DNA from: Macrostomum lignano
Lineage: Eukaryota
Length of the DNA stretch: 64,000 bases
Reading direction: 5' to 3'
NCBI GenBank assembly: GCA_002269645.1
Contig: NIVC01000252.1
Location: forward strand, 1-64,000
The first letter of the stretch is position 1. Every line of letters begins with the position of its first letter. Below are positions 14,924 through 26,835 of the stretch, one piece after another. A program made the position numbers and the translations under genes. The notes beneath the pieces are model-generated. The model ran no database searches. It was not told where the DNA came from and worked only from the letters and a program-made list of their open reading frames with translations.

Positions 14924-15120
14924 CCAGCCTCTCAGATCCTCTGTTGTTGGACCAGCCTCTCAGATCCTCTGTTGTTGGACCAGCCTCCCAGATCCTCTGT
15001 TGCTGGGCCAGCCTCTCAGATCCTCTGTTGCTGGGCCAGCCTCCTGGATCCTTAGTTGCTGGGCCAGCCTCCCAGATCCCCAGTTGCTGGGCCAGCCTCT
15101 CATGATCCCCAGTTTCTGGG
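14924..15120. repeat. 28-bp minisatellite, ~7 copies
   Basis: ccagcctctcagatcctctgttg(t/c)tgg(a/g) repeated in tandem. Confidence 0.9.
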
Positions 15121-15529
15121 CCACCGCAACCATTAAAATAACATCTTTCAACAGCATAAAAAAATAATAAAGGACCTCATTTTTCCCACATCTAGTTTAG
15201 CCTTATCAAGGGTTTTCCACTCAGAGGACCTGTCATCTCCACATTCAGCCCCGCCACTTCACACCCGCAGCCAGAAAAATGCAGGCACCTCTCCAATTGT
15301 GACCTGACAGGCACTTAAAAGTCATAATTCAGTTTATATAATAAGAAATTTCGAATTCCGTATTTTGTAATTGCTTTAATAATGACTGACTGGCGTTCAA
15401 GTTTCACCAGATGTACTTTAATCCTTACTGCAAGAACCACCCAGTATGTACTTATGTTGCTGGCATCACCATTCAACTTTCCACGGAAGTTTAGGACTGT
15501 TTTTTTCACACCTGCTGCAGCTTCGGTCT

Positions 15530-15559
15530 ATGATGGAGAATGGATGCTGGACTGATCTA
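15530..15559 (+). CDS. Candidate first coding exon of the nAChR gene (MMENGCWTDL)
   Basis: ATG at 15530, 10 codons, then a gtaagc donor in phase 0. This matches a phase-0 entry at 16675 (VTPLPPAATVLCFAMF...). Tentative. Confidence 0.35.
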
Positions 15560-16137
15560 GTAAGCGCGCCATCATGCGCAAATATAAGGAATAAACTGAA
15601 GTAGACCAGAACCTGATCCGCTGTGCCAAGGAACACATCTGAACACAGTATCTGGGGAGGGTATGTTAAATTCTGTAAAACAGTCGTGGCGTTATTTTAA
15701 TTTAAAAATCTAGAAGCTTGGAACTAAGCTTGAAAATTTTCCGAGTTTGAGAAGGCTGCCTTTCTACAAGTAGTTCGAAAAAGTATTAGTTTCCAATCCA
15801 GACATCAAATTTTAGAGCTCCTTGGCTTCCTCTTTAATTTCTTTCCTCCTTCATCCTCCCTGTAAGCCCCTGTCTGCAGGCGATGGCATTGAAGTCTGGA
15901 AAGAGGCCTGGTGGGGATATTGGAAGGGGATTTTATGTAGCTATTGCTGCAGATCCCCTTCCCTTGGAAAAAAATCTCCCCTCCTAGGCGGATAGATCCC
16001 AGTACAAATGGTTCTAGACCTTAATTTCTCCTTGTTGCATTTTGCTTCGATTTGTTTGCGTTTTCAAATCCGTGGTGAATTGTGATTTGTGAAGGACAGC
16101 AATGCTTAGCCAAATTTAATTGGGAATTTGATTTTAA

Positions 16138-16674
16138 ACAGGATGGGACAGACAGGATGGGACAGACAGGATGGTGACAGACAAGTTGGTGACAGACAAG
16201 TTGGTGACAGACAGGATGGGACAGACAGGATGGGACAGACAGGATGGGACAGACAGGATGGGACAGACAGGATGGGACAGACAGGATGGGACAGACAGGA
16301 TGGGACAGACAGGATGGGGACAAACAGGATGGGACAGACAGGATGGGGGACAGACAGGGTGGGAGAACAGACAGGATGGGGGACAGACAGGGTGGGAGAA
16401 CAGACAGGATGGGAGAACAGACAGGATGGGACAGACAGGATGGGGCAGACAGGATGGGGGGACAAACAGGATGGGACAGACAGGATGGGACAGACAGGAT
16501 GGGACAGACAGGATTGTGACAGACAAGTTGGTGACAGACAGGATGGGACAGACAGGATGGGACAGACAGGATGGGAGAACAGACAGGATGGGGACAGACA
16601 GGATGGGGACAGACAGGATGGGACAGACAGGATGGGACAGACAGGATTGTGACAGACAAGTTGGTGACAGACAG
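16138..16674. repeat. 14-bp minisatellite (ggatgggacagaca)n abutting the nAChR exon
   Basis: Direct tandem repeats. Source of the MGQTGWDRQDG and LSVPSCLSHPV pseudo-ORFs. Confidence 0.95.
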
Positions 16675-17046
16675 GTAACTCCCCTGCCACCCGCAGCCAC
16701 GGTCCTCTGCTTTGCCATGTTCACCATCGCGGTCGCAGCATCGGAAGCGGCAGACGATGCCGGAGGACGGATAGGCACCTGGACAAGACCCCTGGTCATG
16801 AACATGTCCGAGAAGAACCTCATCAAAGCTCTGCTGAGCGAATACGACAAGAAAAGTCGTCCAGTGATCGATGACGACCCGGCCGATGGCGGGACACCGA
16901 AAATCGATCGGCCCAAGGAGAAAGGCAAAAATGCTCCCACGATCCCGATTCAACAAGTGACTGTTGAGTTCGGGCTCCGGTTGGTGCAGATCTTAGACCT
17001 GGACGAGATGGAGCAAGTGCTCACAACTAGCATGATTGTGCTTTAT
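16675..17046 (+). CDS. nAChR alpha subunit exon: signal peptide and start of the extracellular domain (5' boundary uncertain, 16675 or 16697)
   Basis: Hydrophobic ATVLCFAMFTIAVAA, then SEKNLIKALLSEYDKKSRPV...VTVEFGLRLVQILDLDEMEQVLTTSMIVLY, typical of the Cys-loop N-terminus. Donor gtgagt at 17047. Confidence 0.9.
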
Positions 17047-17091
17047 GTGAGTGCGCTGGCGGGGCCTGGGTATCTGGTCCAGGGGGATTGA

Positions 17092-17500
17092 ATATAGATC
17101 AGCTAGAGATCGAAGATAGATTTGCTATAGATCGGAGATAGAATGGCTATAGATCGGATATAGATCATCTATAGATCGGAGATAGAATGGCTATAGATCG
17201 GATATAGATCAGCTATAGATCGGTTATAGATCAGCTATAGATCGGATATAGATCATCTATAGATCGGAGATAGAATAGCTATAGATCGGATATAGATCAG
17301 CTATAGATCGGTTATAGATCAGCTATAGATCGGATATAGATCATCTATAGATCGGAGATAGAATAGCTATAGATCGGATATAGATCAGCTATAGATCAGC
17401 TATAGATCAGATATAGATCGGCTATAGATCAGATATAGATCGGCTATAGATCGAAGATAGATCAGCTATGGATTGGAGATAGATCAGCTAGATGGGAGAT
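17092..17500. repeat. 22-bp minisatellite (gctatagatcggatatagatca)n in nAChR intron
   Basis: Direct tandem repeats. Confidence 0.93.
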
Positions 17501-18027
17501 AGATTAGCAAGAGATTAGAGAGAGATCAGATTGAGATTATTATAGAGAGCTCATATTTAAATTTGGCCAATCATTTTCTTCGAAACACGATAGCACTGAT
17601 AGAGTTTCTAGGAAACCTATTTTACTACGCAAGCTAAAAAAACTGCCAATATCAAGCGGAAAGAGATTTAGTGAAAGAAAAATTCAGAGAACGAAATCCC
17701 CCCCCAGAATCTTGGTGCAGGATTAGGTGTCTTCAAATCTAAACGGATATTGGCAAATCTGATAGTTTAGTACAGAATCCAGAGACTAAATTTGAGAATG
17801 AAGCCTGGACTTCCCTGAACCATACCGAGAGCGGAAGGATGAGCGCGGCAGTTGATGAAGAGACAGTTGATGAAGCTGCTCTCGTGTGTCTGGGTGAAAA
17901 GTTTCCTAGACTGATTCAATAATGCATGACTTCCAGCAGGTACCGGGGGCAACACCGAACTGACACATCTGGCAGTGGGTGTGTCTGTTTGGCTGCGTCT
18001 GTATGATTTCCTGGAGAAAGGAAAAGA

Positions 18028-18612
18028 AAGATTGAGAAGTAGGTTTGAGAGATTGAGAAGTAGGTTTGAAAGATTGAGAAGTAGGTTTGGGAGACTGAGA
18101 AGTAGGTTTGAGAGATTGAGAAGTAGGTTTGGGAGATTGAGAAGTAGGTTTGAAAGATTGAGAAGTAGGTTTGAAAGATTGAGAAGTAGGTTTGAGAGAT
18201 TTAAAAGTAGGTCTGAGAGATTGAGAAGTAGGTTTGAGAGATGGAAAAGTAGGTTTGAAAGATTGAGAAGTAGGTTTGAGAGATTGAGAAGTAGTAGGAT
18301 TTTGAGATTGGGAAGTAGGTTTGAAAGATTGAGAAGTAGGTTTGGTAGATTGAGAAGTAGGTTTGGGAGATTGAGAAGTGGGTTTGGGAGATTGAGAAGT
18401 GGGTTTGAAAGATTGAGAAGTAGGTTTAAGAGATTGAGAAATAGGTTTGGGAGATTGAGAAGTAGGTTTAGAGATTGAGAAGTAGGTTTAGAGATTGAGA
18501 AATAAGTTCGGGAGATTGTGAAGTAGGCTTGAAAGATTGTGAAGTAGGCTTGAAAGATTGAGAAGTAGGTTTGGAAGATTGAGAAGTAGGTTTGAGAGAT
18601 TGAGAAGTAGGT
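18028..18612. repeat. 21-bp minisatellite (agattgagaagtaggtttgag)n in nAChR intron
   Basis: Direct tandem repeats. Source of the RLRSRFE pseudo-ORF. Confidence 0.94.
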
Positions 18613-19129
18613 AGGATAGATAATGAGAAGTAGAGGGAGAGAAACAAAGAAGTAAATTCAGAGGCAGCGGGACTGGCACTCTTTGCCAGAAAAGCTCAAA
18701 GTCCATCTAGCAGGCAGCCATCAGTATGCATCAAAAATGTCTGCCGTAATGATCCCGGGATTAACTGTCAGAATGATTTATTGCCACCAAAATCTTCAAT
18801 CCGAATGGGAGGCAGATTCGTGATAAATTTATGATGCAGTGCCGCATCATCGGCCTCGCGGAGGATCTGACAGCTGCTTCATCAGATCTCGTCACTTGAG
18901 CTGGTCTGCACCAGGCGGCAAGTGCCTTTTTGCCGTTTTCAGCTTTGGAAAATTAATGAAAATTCAAAATCCGTGGCCTAACTGCTTTTAGTAGCATAGT
19001 TTTAAAGTTGAGCAGTTTAGGAATCGGGGATGCTCCCCTGTGCTCTGAAATTTTAGATGTACTTTAATATACACAGAGTTCAAACATAAATATCCATGGA
19101 GATCAAAAATAAATATCCATATGGATATC

Positions 19130-20380
19130 CTATAAATTTCCACATAGATCGCATATAAATGTCGACACGGATAAGCTATAAATGTCCACATGGATCACAT
19201 ATAAATGTCCACATGGATCACATATAAATATCCACATGGATCACATATAAATGTCCACATGGATCACATATAAATGTCCACATGGATCACATATAAATGT
19301 CCACATGGATCACATATAAATGTCCACATGGATCACATATAAATGTCCACATGAATCACATATAAATGTCCACATGGATCACATATAAATGTCCACATGG
19401 ATCACATATAAATGTCCACATGGATCACATATAAATGTCCACATGGATCACATATAAATGTCCACATGAATCACATATAAATGTCCACATGAATCACATA
19501 TAAATGTCCACATGGATCACATATAAATGTCCACATGGATCACATATAAATGTCCACATGGATCACATATAAATGTCCACATGGATCACATATAAATGTC
19601 CACATGAATCACATATAAATGTCCACATGGATCACATATAGATGTCCACATGAATCACATATAAATGTCCACATGAATCACATATAAATGTCCACATGGA
19701 TCACATATAAATGTCCACATGGATCACATATAAATGTCCACATGGATCACATATAAATGTCCACATGGATCACATATAAATGTCCACATGGATCACATAT
19801 AAATGTCCACATGAATCACATATAAATGTCCACATGGATCACATATAAATGTCCACATGGATCACATATAAATGTCCACATGGATCACATATAAATGTCC
19901 ACATGGATCACATATAAATGTCCACATGAATAACATATAAATGTCCACATGGATCACATATAAATGTCCACATAGATCGCATATAAATGTCGACACGGAT
20001 TAGCTATAAATGTCCACATGGATCACATATAGATGTCCACATGGATCACATATAAATATCCACATGGATCACATATAAATTTCCACATGGATCACATATA
20101 AATGTCCACATGGATCACATATAAATGTCCACATGGATCACATATAAATGTCCACATGGATCACATAAAAATGTCCACATGGATCACATATAAATGTTCA
20201 CATGGATCACATATAAATGTCCACATGGATCACATATAAATGTCCACATGGATCACATATAAATGTCCACATGGATCACATATAAATGTCCACATGGATC
20301 ACATATAAATGTTCACATGGATCACATATAAATGTTCACATGGATCACATATAAATGTCCACAGGAATCGCCTATAAATA
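19130..20380. repeat. 23-bp minisatellite (atataaatgtccacatggatcac)n, ~50 copies, in nAChR intron
   Basis: Direct tandem repeats with degenerate edges. Confidence 0.97.
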
Positions 20381-20562
20381 TCCACAAGTGCGCCAATAAA
20401 GCATTCAGAGAGCTCCAAACTTTATCACCAGGGCCTCCAAAGCGTGGATCAAATGAACCAAAAAAATTCGAGGCGCTTCCTAAAGTTCTTGGATTATTTG
20501 AATTATTTACGAAGATCCTCTTTTAAAGTTTTCGCCGTCACCTTTAACCTTCAACAAAACAG

Positions 20563-20672
20563 GAATGGACGGATTATCACCTGCGTTGGGATCCGAAGAA
20601 CGAGAGTGGAATCGAGGTCCTGCACATACCTACTAAGGACATCTGGCTGCCTGACATCGCGCTTTACAATTA
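20563..20672 (+). CDS. nAChR exon (EWTDYHLRWDP...IWLPDIALYN)
   Basis: cag acceptor and gtaagc donor. Canonical WxD...WxPDI.LYN motifs. Phase 0 to 2. Confidence 0.96.
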
Positions 20673-21153
20673 GTAAGCCGAATATATTTTCTGTCTTTTC
20701 AACTATATTTTTCTTCTAGAAAAGAATTGCGTACTTCACTGAACTTCACTGAGCTGAAAAACTGACACCTCTTCAGCCATTTAGCTGGGAAATGAGATGG
20801 AGAGGGAGATTCCCTATGCGCTATCCATTCCACGCATGCCAGCTCGCTGTTTGACCCAACTGGAGATTTTCAGACATTTTACAATCCCCAAATCGTTGCG
20901 TGCGGTCTGGGATTTTCGCCCCCATATCCGGGGCTGTAGTTCTAACTGAGATAAAAGATACGATATCTATGCCGTCAGGCTTAAATAATTGATAACAGAT
21001 GCAACTGACTGACTCAGTGGCTTATACCGATGTTAATTCTCTATTCATAAAATAGCAGCGCATGTGTGCGCGTGTGTGCCGATGCTTTTTGATCGAAGAG
21101 TAATGTAATAAATATATGGAACTTCATACAGGGACTAACAGGGCTTTGGAATC

Positions 21154-21230
21154 GGGGTTAGACTAGCACAGCGGTAACGCGTCCGATTCTCGAGTGGAAG
21201 TCCGCAGGTTCGATTCCGCGCGCGGACTCA
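21154..21230 (+). mobile_element. tRNA-like head with Pol III A and B boxes; probable tRNA-derived SINE in nAChR intron
   Basis: A box TAGCACAGCGGT and B box GGTTCGATTCC at tRNA-like spacing. The acceptor and anticodon stems pair imperfectly, so a SINE or pseudo-tRNA is more likely than a tRNA. Confidence 0.6.
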
Positions 21231-21423
21231 TTTATCCTATAGACTCATTTTTGAACCTTAGGCTTTGGCTCAGGAGGTTAAGTCCTCCAATAATACTCAA
21301 ATTGTACACCGCCAGACTATGAAAAACTCAATCTTCCGTTGCATGCCGATATGACGATATGTAACGTAGAACACTTTACAGTGCGACAAATACACATGTA
21401 AATCAACGATCTCTAATTTCTAG

Positions 21424-21597
21424 CGCCGATGAGCGTCTTGAAGAACGCCGAGAGGTGGCAGCAAAAGTGCATAGCAATGGCACAGTCGAATGGCACCCAA
21501 TGGCCATCTACAAGAGCGCCTGCGAAATTCGAATCGAATATTTCCCGTTCGATGTGCAGACCTGCGATCTGAAATTCGGGCCCTGGACTTACGACGG
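21424..21597 (+). CDS. nAChR exon with Cys-loop ([15 protein letters not shown]) and loop B (WTYDG)
   Basis: tag acceptor and gtgaga donor. 15-residue Cys-loop signature. Phase 2 to 2. Confidence 0.97.
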
Positions 21598-21707
21598 GTG
21601 AGATGGGAAGGAAAAATAGAGTAGGGAATATTTCTGGATTGGGAGGAGAAAAGTCTATAGTGGCAGATTTGAGTGGGGATAAGAATGATCCAACGTGTCC
21701 CCCACAG

Positions 21708-21994
21708 GTGGCGAGTAAACATCACTTACTACCATCGGACAATGAAAAGTGCATTCGACCTAGACGAGATGATACCCAGTCCTGAGTGGAAGATCCTGAA
21801 CTATTCGGCAGTGTACAACTCGGTGGTTTATCCCTGCTGTCCGGAGCCGTTCGTGGACATCACGTTCCGAATCTATATGAAACGTTCGACTTTGTTTTAC
21901 TCCTTCATTTTGATTCTGCCCTGCTTTTTGCTGTCCTCGTTGACCCTCGTGCTGTTCTGGCTGCCTCCGGAGACGCCAGCTAAAATGGTGCTAG
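21708..21994 (+). CDS. nAChR exon with loop C vicinal cysteines (YPCCPEP), M1 and the M1-M2 linker LPPETPAK
   Basis: cag acceptor and gtaagt donor. Vicinal CC defines an alpha subunit. Confidence 0.97.
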
Positions 21995-22420
21995 GTAAGT
22001 GTTTTGATTTACGTCGTATTTCATCTTTCGCTTGCTATACATGGATTACTCGATCAGTGACACTTTAAAAGGATATAAGTGTGTATAGTTACTTTTTTGT
22101 TGAATAAAAAATGCTACAGTAAACTTATGATTACTATAGCAGCTTGTACTCTGTACAAGTAGCATTTCTGCTCTAAATGTACTATTAAGAAAATTTTAAA
22201 CATAGACCTTTCATCCTATTTTAATGACCATTTAACGTTACTTTCAATGTACTCTTAAAACCCTATTGTAATGAGCTTTTATCATTTTTAAGCTTTATCT
22301 TTAAACTTAAAATTGTAGACCATCGTTTATCCTATCATTTTACGAATGATTTTTATACTCAGAATTTTGAGCACATTGTTTACAAATAATTACAAGTCTT
22401 GGTGTGAAATCCGATCCCAG

Positions 22421-22507
22421 GAATGAACATTTTCGTTGCATTCTTCCTGCTCATGCTTCTGCTGGAGAAGCAAACCCCGGCGGCTTCGGATTCGTTTCCT
22501 AGAATTG
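22421..22507 (+). CDS. nAChR exon: M2 and M2-M3 loop (GMNIFVAFFLLMLLLEKQTPAASDSFPRI)
   Basis: cag acceptor and gtaagc donor. Phase 1 to 1. Confidence 0.96.
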
Positions 22508-22596
22508 GTAAGCCGTTTTTTATCGTCCTTTTTTCTAAGAATTAAAATAGTATCTTCACAGAAAAATTCACTCAGTCACCGTAAACTGTTCTGCAG

Positions 22597-22715
22597 GCCA
22601 ATACTACTGCCTCAACATGGGCATCATCACCCTGTCAACATTTCTGTGCGTCATCATTGTTAATTTTCATTTCCGCGGCGACAACCGGCAGGAGGTACCG
22701 TTCTGGTTAAAAAAG
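22597..22715 (+). CDS. nAChR exon: M3 (GQYYCLNMGIITLSTFLCVIIVNFHFRG...VPFWLKK)
   Basis: cag acceptor and gtgata donor. Phase 1 to 0. Confidence 0.95.
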
Positions 22716-22973
22716 GTGATAATTATTCCTAATTAAGCATTCATGAAAATTTGTTATATTGAAATCGTATTCTTTCTAACAAATTATCAAACTCGACTTA
22801 ACATTTTTGTTAAGTTTTAATGAACTAAAACAGATTAATTCAATTGCTGACAAAAAACAAAATAATTTCTTCCTATCCTACTAATTTTGTTTTATTTAAC
22901 GACAACCAAAAACTTTGTTTCTAAGAAATAAAAAAATGGCTTCCATTTAAAAATCTTGATAAGTAAACATAAA

Positions 22974-23949
22974 TGAAGTAGTTGTGGTTGTCTCGGGGTG
23001 GCCTGGTAGGTCTTTGACTCCCACCGCTGCCACCAGTGAAGTACTTATGGTTGTCTCGGGGTTTCTCCTGCTGTCCAGCGCAGTGACTTGGGCTCTCCGT
23101 CTTCTCACTCGGAAGCCTTCTTAACTCTTAGTAGCGTAGGTAGTGCTGCCACCAGTTCCTTCAGGTCTCGGCCTTCGATGAGGTGAGCTTCTTGTCGGAA
23201 CGAAATAACGAAGTCAACAAACTCAGCACCAGGTGCAGATTTGCAGTTCAACGTGCAAGGCGTCTCGTCAGCAGCACCTGCCGGGCTTGGTTGGTATGGG
23301 AGGGCTGAGTTAGCCTCTCGTAGGCTTGAGGTTTGCTTTAGTAGGGTCTCAGTCAGACCAGCACAAGCAGATTTAGTGTACTCAAAAAGGGGACTTAGTT
23401 TAGTCAATAACGCACGCGGGCTCTTAGAAGTTTAGAGGCAAGCAAGGACTCCGGCAAAGACTCCTTAGCGGAAACAAGGAGGAGAGGGGTCCTATTTATA
23501 GCCAGGATTCTCCCGCGCACAAGACCTCGTGACTTGTTCTATTTTTAGAACTGACGTCACTTGAGGTCTCCGGCCAGAGTACACGCGGCTGTGACTCAGT
23601 TGCTATTTTTAGCAACATGAGTCACTCTCTCCTTAGAGAAGGGAGGGGTCCGAAAGCACGTGATTCTCCCGGTAAACAGGGCCAACGAGTGCAGTAAACA
23701 TGTTTACTGCACTTTAAGACTCCAAGAACGCAAGGAAAACGGAAAACGGGACAGGAACGAAACAGAGACAGCCTGCAGCAGAGAAGCTGAGGGCTGAGAA
23801 CAGAGACGCAGAAGGGCAGAACAGGCCAAGGGCAGCAACATACGGCCAGGGGGCGGGAAGCTGACCAGCGGCAGACAGCAACCCAGGGCGGGGGCGAGGG
23901 GACTGCTGACAAAGGGGGACGCCAAACACTAAACTAGCGGCTCACTACA
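22974..23949 (-). mobile_element. Probable solo LTR (~976 bp), antisense in nAChR intron
   Basis: Ends TGAAGTAG...CACTACA, flanked by the 4-bp direct repeat taaa (22970-22973 and 23950-23953). GC-rich island in an AT-rich intron. TATAAATA on the minus strand at 23493-23500. No recognisable coding capacity. Confidence 0.6.
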
Positions 23950-24114
23950 TAAATAAACTTCAGTAAAATTTCATCCACTTTATTAGAGAGCCACTGCTTA
24001 TTCCCAATATTTTAAACATTTTCCATTCCCTGGGGAATTGTATAAAGTCCAAGGGCATAATGGTTGTGAAAGCACACCAGCAAGTCAAAATCCGACCCTC
24101 CTTCATCCTTTCAG

Positions 24115-24545
24115 CTGGCCATCCATCACGGAGCCCGAGTTTTGTGCGTGAACCTCGCCAAGCCGGGCCCGCCCCAGCAGCAGCAGCAGCAACAGAAACA
24201 GAAACACCAAAAGTCCGAAAGCAGCCGCAGGAAGCAACAAAGACTGGATGAAGACTATCCTATGCAAGCACCTGCTGCGGGACTTCGCTCGCCGAGTTCC
24301 ACCAACCAGCAGCAGGCGAACAACGCGGGCAGTCCGACCACCTCACTGGCCTCAACCAGGCGGGGGGGCTGTCCGCTGTTGACTCAGCCGCTCCACTTTC
24401 AAACCTTCAACTCGCAAGATGCGCATCATTGCCATCAGCAGCAGCATCAAGAAGCTTCGGGACCTTCAATCAGCGGCTTCAGTGGCATGGGCGGCGGCGG
24501 CGGCTACGCAGAGGTTGATGAAATGATGCTGCAGTGCCTTCCGAG
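24115..24545 (+). CDS. nAChR exon: intracellular M3-M4 loop, polyQ and low complexity
   Basis: tttcag acceptor and gtgaca donor. Open in phase 0 to 2, consistent with both neighbouring exons. Confidence 0.85.
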
Positions 24546-24619
24546 GTGACAACTGATCGCACTTATGATCGTTTTGATCGCAATCAAAGCTTAAAATCTT
24601 CGAAGTATCAATAAAGTCT

Positions 24620-25040
24620 CATCCAGTCTCACCCGATTCTCATCCAAATCTCATCAGAATCTTACTCAGTCTCACCCAAAAAATCACCAAGTCTCACCCG
24701 AATCTCACACAGTCTCACCCAAATCCTACCGCAGTCCCACCCGAATCTCACCGAGTCTCACCCGAAAATCATTTAGTCTCACCCGAATCTCACCTAGTCT
24801 CACTCGAATCTCACTCGAATCTCACCTAGTCTCACCCGAATCTCACTCGAATCTCACCTAGTCTCACCCGAATATCATTTAGTCTCACCCAAATCTCACC
24901 CAGTCTCACCCGAATCTCACCCAGTCTCACCCGAATCTCACCCAGTCTCACCCGAATCTCACCCAGTCTCACCCGAATATCATTTAGTCTCACCCGAATC
25001 TCACCCAGTCTCACCCAAATCTCACTCAAATCTCACCTAA
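24620..25040. repeat. 21-bp minisatellite (agtctcacccgaatctcaccc)n in nAChR intron
   Basis: Direct tandem repeats. Confidence 0.92.
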
Positions 25041-25137
25041 TATTTTCTTAAGTCTCGTTTAATTTCGCGTCAAGTTTTAATTGACTATCAATCTCATTCA
25101 TTTCAATCGCAGTTTTTGTTTAATAAACCTTCATCAG

Positions 25138-25528
25138 GCAGCTGCTTCGGCAGCAGCAGCAACACCAGCAGCTTCTTCGGCAACAGCAGCAGCAATACAG
25201 GCAGCAGCATCGCCATTCTCGCGGCAGCAGCAGTGCAGACCTCTTTCCTGTCGCTGTACTTGACGCCATAACCAGACGCCGAATCAACTTACTGACAAAG
25301 GATGTGCAGGACATTGTCAAGGCGTTGCGGTACATCCAGCGGCTCCATGACAACCGCGAGAGGGTGAACAAGATTGTGCAGGAATGGCGCAATGTTGGTC
25401 TGGTGCTGGACCGGCTGTTCTTCCTGATCTACTTCGTCATCATTGCTGTTTCTTCTGTTGGCTTTTTCAGCTCGGAAGATTACGTTGACACCACTATATT
25501 GCCTAACACAAATAACTCTGCGACTTAA
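25138..25528 (+). CDS. nAChR last exon: polyQ, MA helix, M4 (EWRNVGLVLDRLFFLIY) and stop
   Basis: catcag acceptor, phase 2. EW..V..VLDR motif. TAA at 25526-25528. Confidence 0.95.
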
Positions 25529-26063
25529 ACAGACTGATCGTGACAGATTTTTAATTTTGAAGTTGCTCTCAGATGGACAACTGCTTAGTCATGCGATTTT
25601 TTTGACAATTTTTACGTTATAGAGTGATTGGAAATTTTGACTAATTTAAAGCTCTGCAACTCGAAACATATTTGACTCACTTTTCGTCTTCTGCTACCTC
25701 TCCTCTCTCCTCTCTTCCCTCCTCTTTCCTCTCCTCTCTCCAATCTCACAAGTTTTTAACTTTAACTTTTAATTTTAACTTTCTCCAAATCTCTCGATTT
25801 AGGAATCAATTTAGTCTTTTTTAATAGTTAGCTTCCTTTGCTTATATCAACATTGAATTAGTATTTGTCTCGGTAAATATTAAACGAAATTTCATATTTA
25901 GTTCTTTTTTATTACAATTACTAGTCACAGATAAATTGCGTAAATTTTTAGAAATATTTATACTGTTTGACTCTCATGCAATTTTACAAAAAACTATAGC
26001 ATGTAGTTATATTTTGATTTCACCTGCTCCCAATTTCAACGGAGTGCGCGCATCTCTGTAAAT

Positions 26064-26835
26064 TAGGGATGTCGATTCCCCGGGGAATTTTCTTATCAGG
26101 GACCCCGGGGAATTTACTGTCATCCCCCGGCGACCCCCCGGGGACCCCGGGGAAAAGAAAAAAATAAGTAAAAAACGGCGGATAACTTAGATCTTAAGTG
26201 GCATTTTTTACTTTGATTTAAGGTTAGGACTACATGTTCAAGGCGCAAACCGCTCAAGGGTAAAAAGTCAAAACTTTAGACAATATTTATTTAAAAAATC
26301 TGCATTTGACAACCTGTGGCATCACATCACCAAATCGTGCACGAACCTTTGTTAAAAAGAGTTCAGTCAGACTCCGGAGTCTCATTAATGAATGAGACTG
26401 TTTTTATAGTTGGAATTTTTATTTCTTGCAGATAAATCACCGTTTTGTCCTTGTCTAATAAGGAGTATTTTGTTATTGTATAACACCCCTGACCCCCCCA
26501 TGCGTCAGGTCAGTGACTGATGCAGGACTAGGCCTAGCACAGTAGTCGGTAAAGCTTCTTTTTCCTGACGGGTTTCTATGCTGATTGAAGACTCCTAGTG
26601 AAAAAACATTCAAACATGGGTTGTGTTTGAAATAATACATTGAAATAAGCAGTTATATGCAGTAAAAAAGCATAGACAGAGTTTCAATAAGCTTTCTGTG
26701 AATCATTTTCATATTTAAATGGCAAAAATTAAGTTACAAATGATCTATCACGGCGCATTTTTTTTCTTCCCGGGGTCCCCGGTCCAATTCCCCGGGGAGT
26801 AATCCCCGACAAGCTCCCTTGGGTCGACATCCCTA
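26064..26835. mobile_element. Non-autonomous hAT-type DNA transposon (MITE), 772 bp
   Basis: 12-bp TIR TAGGGATGTCGA...TCGACATCCCTA. Perfect 8-bp TSD ctgtaaat (26056-26063 and 26836-26843). Subterminal ccccgggg palindromes at both ends. Confidence 0.92.

Noticed and set aside
12622-15320. Possible exons of an additional gene between the minisatellites (e.g. donor gtgagt near 13134, minus-strand ORF 14560-14871)
   Set aside because: Splice-like sites exist, but I could not assemble a consistent frame or recognise any protein motif.
16021-16690. Several overlapping 170-310 aa ORFs on both strands
   Set aside because: Generated by the 14-bp array. Only the part from ~16675 has nAChR similarity.
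11965-20380. 21-30 bp repeat arrays as possible CRISPR arrays
   Set aside because: Units are head-to-tail with no unique spacers, there are no cas genes, and the context is eukaryotic.
21154-21230. Functional tRNA gene
   Set aside because: A and B boxes are present, but the acceptor and anticodon stems pair poorly. Better explained as a SINE head.
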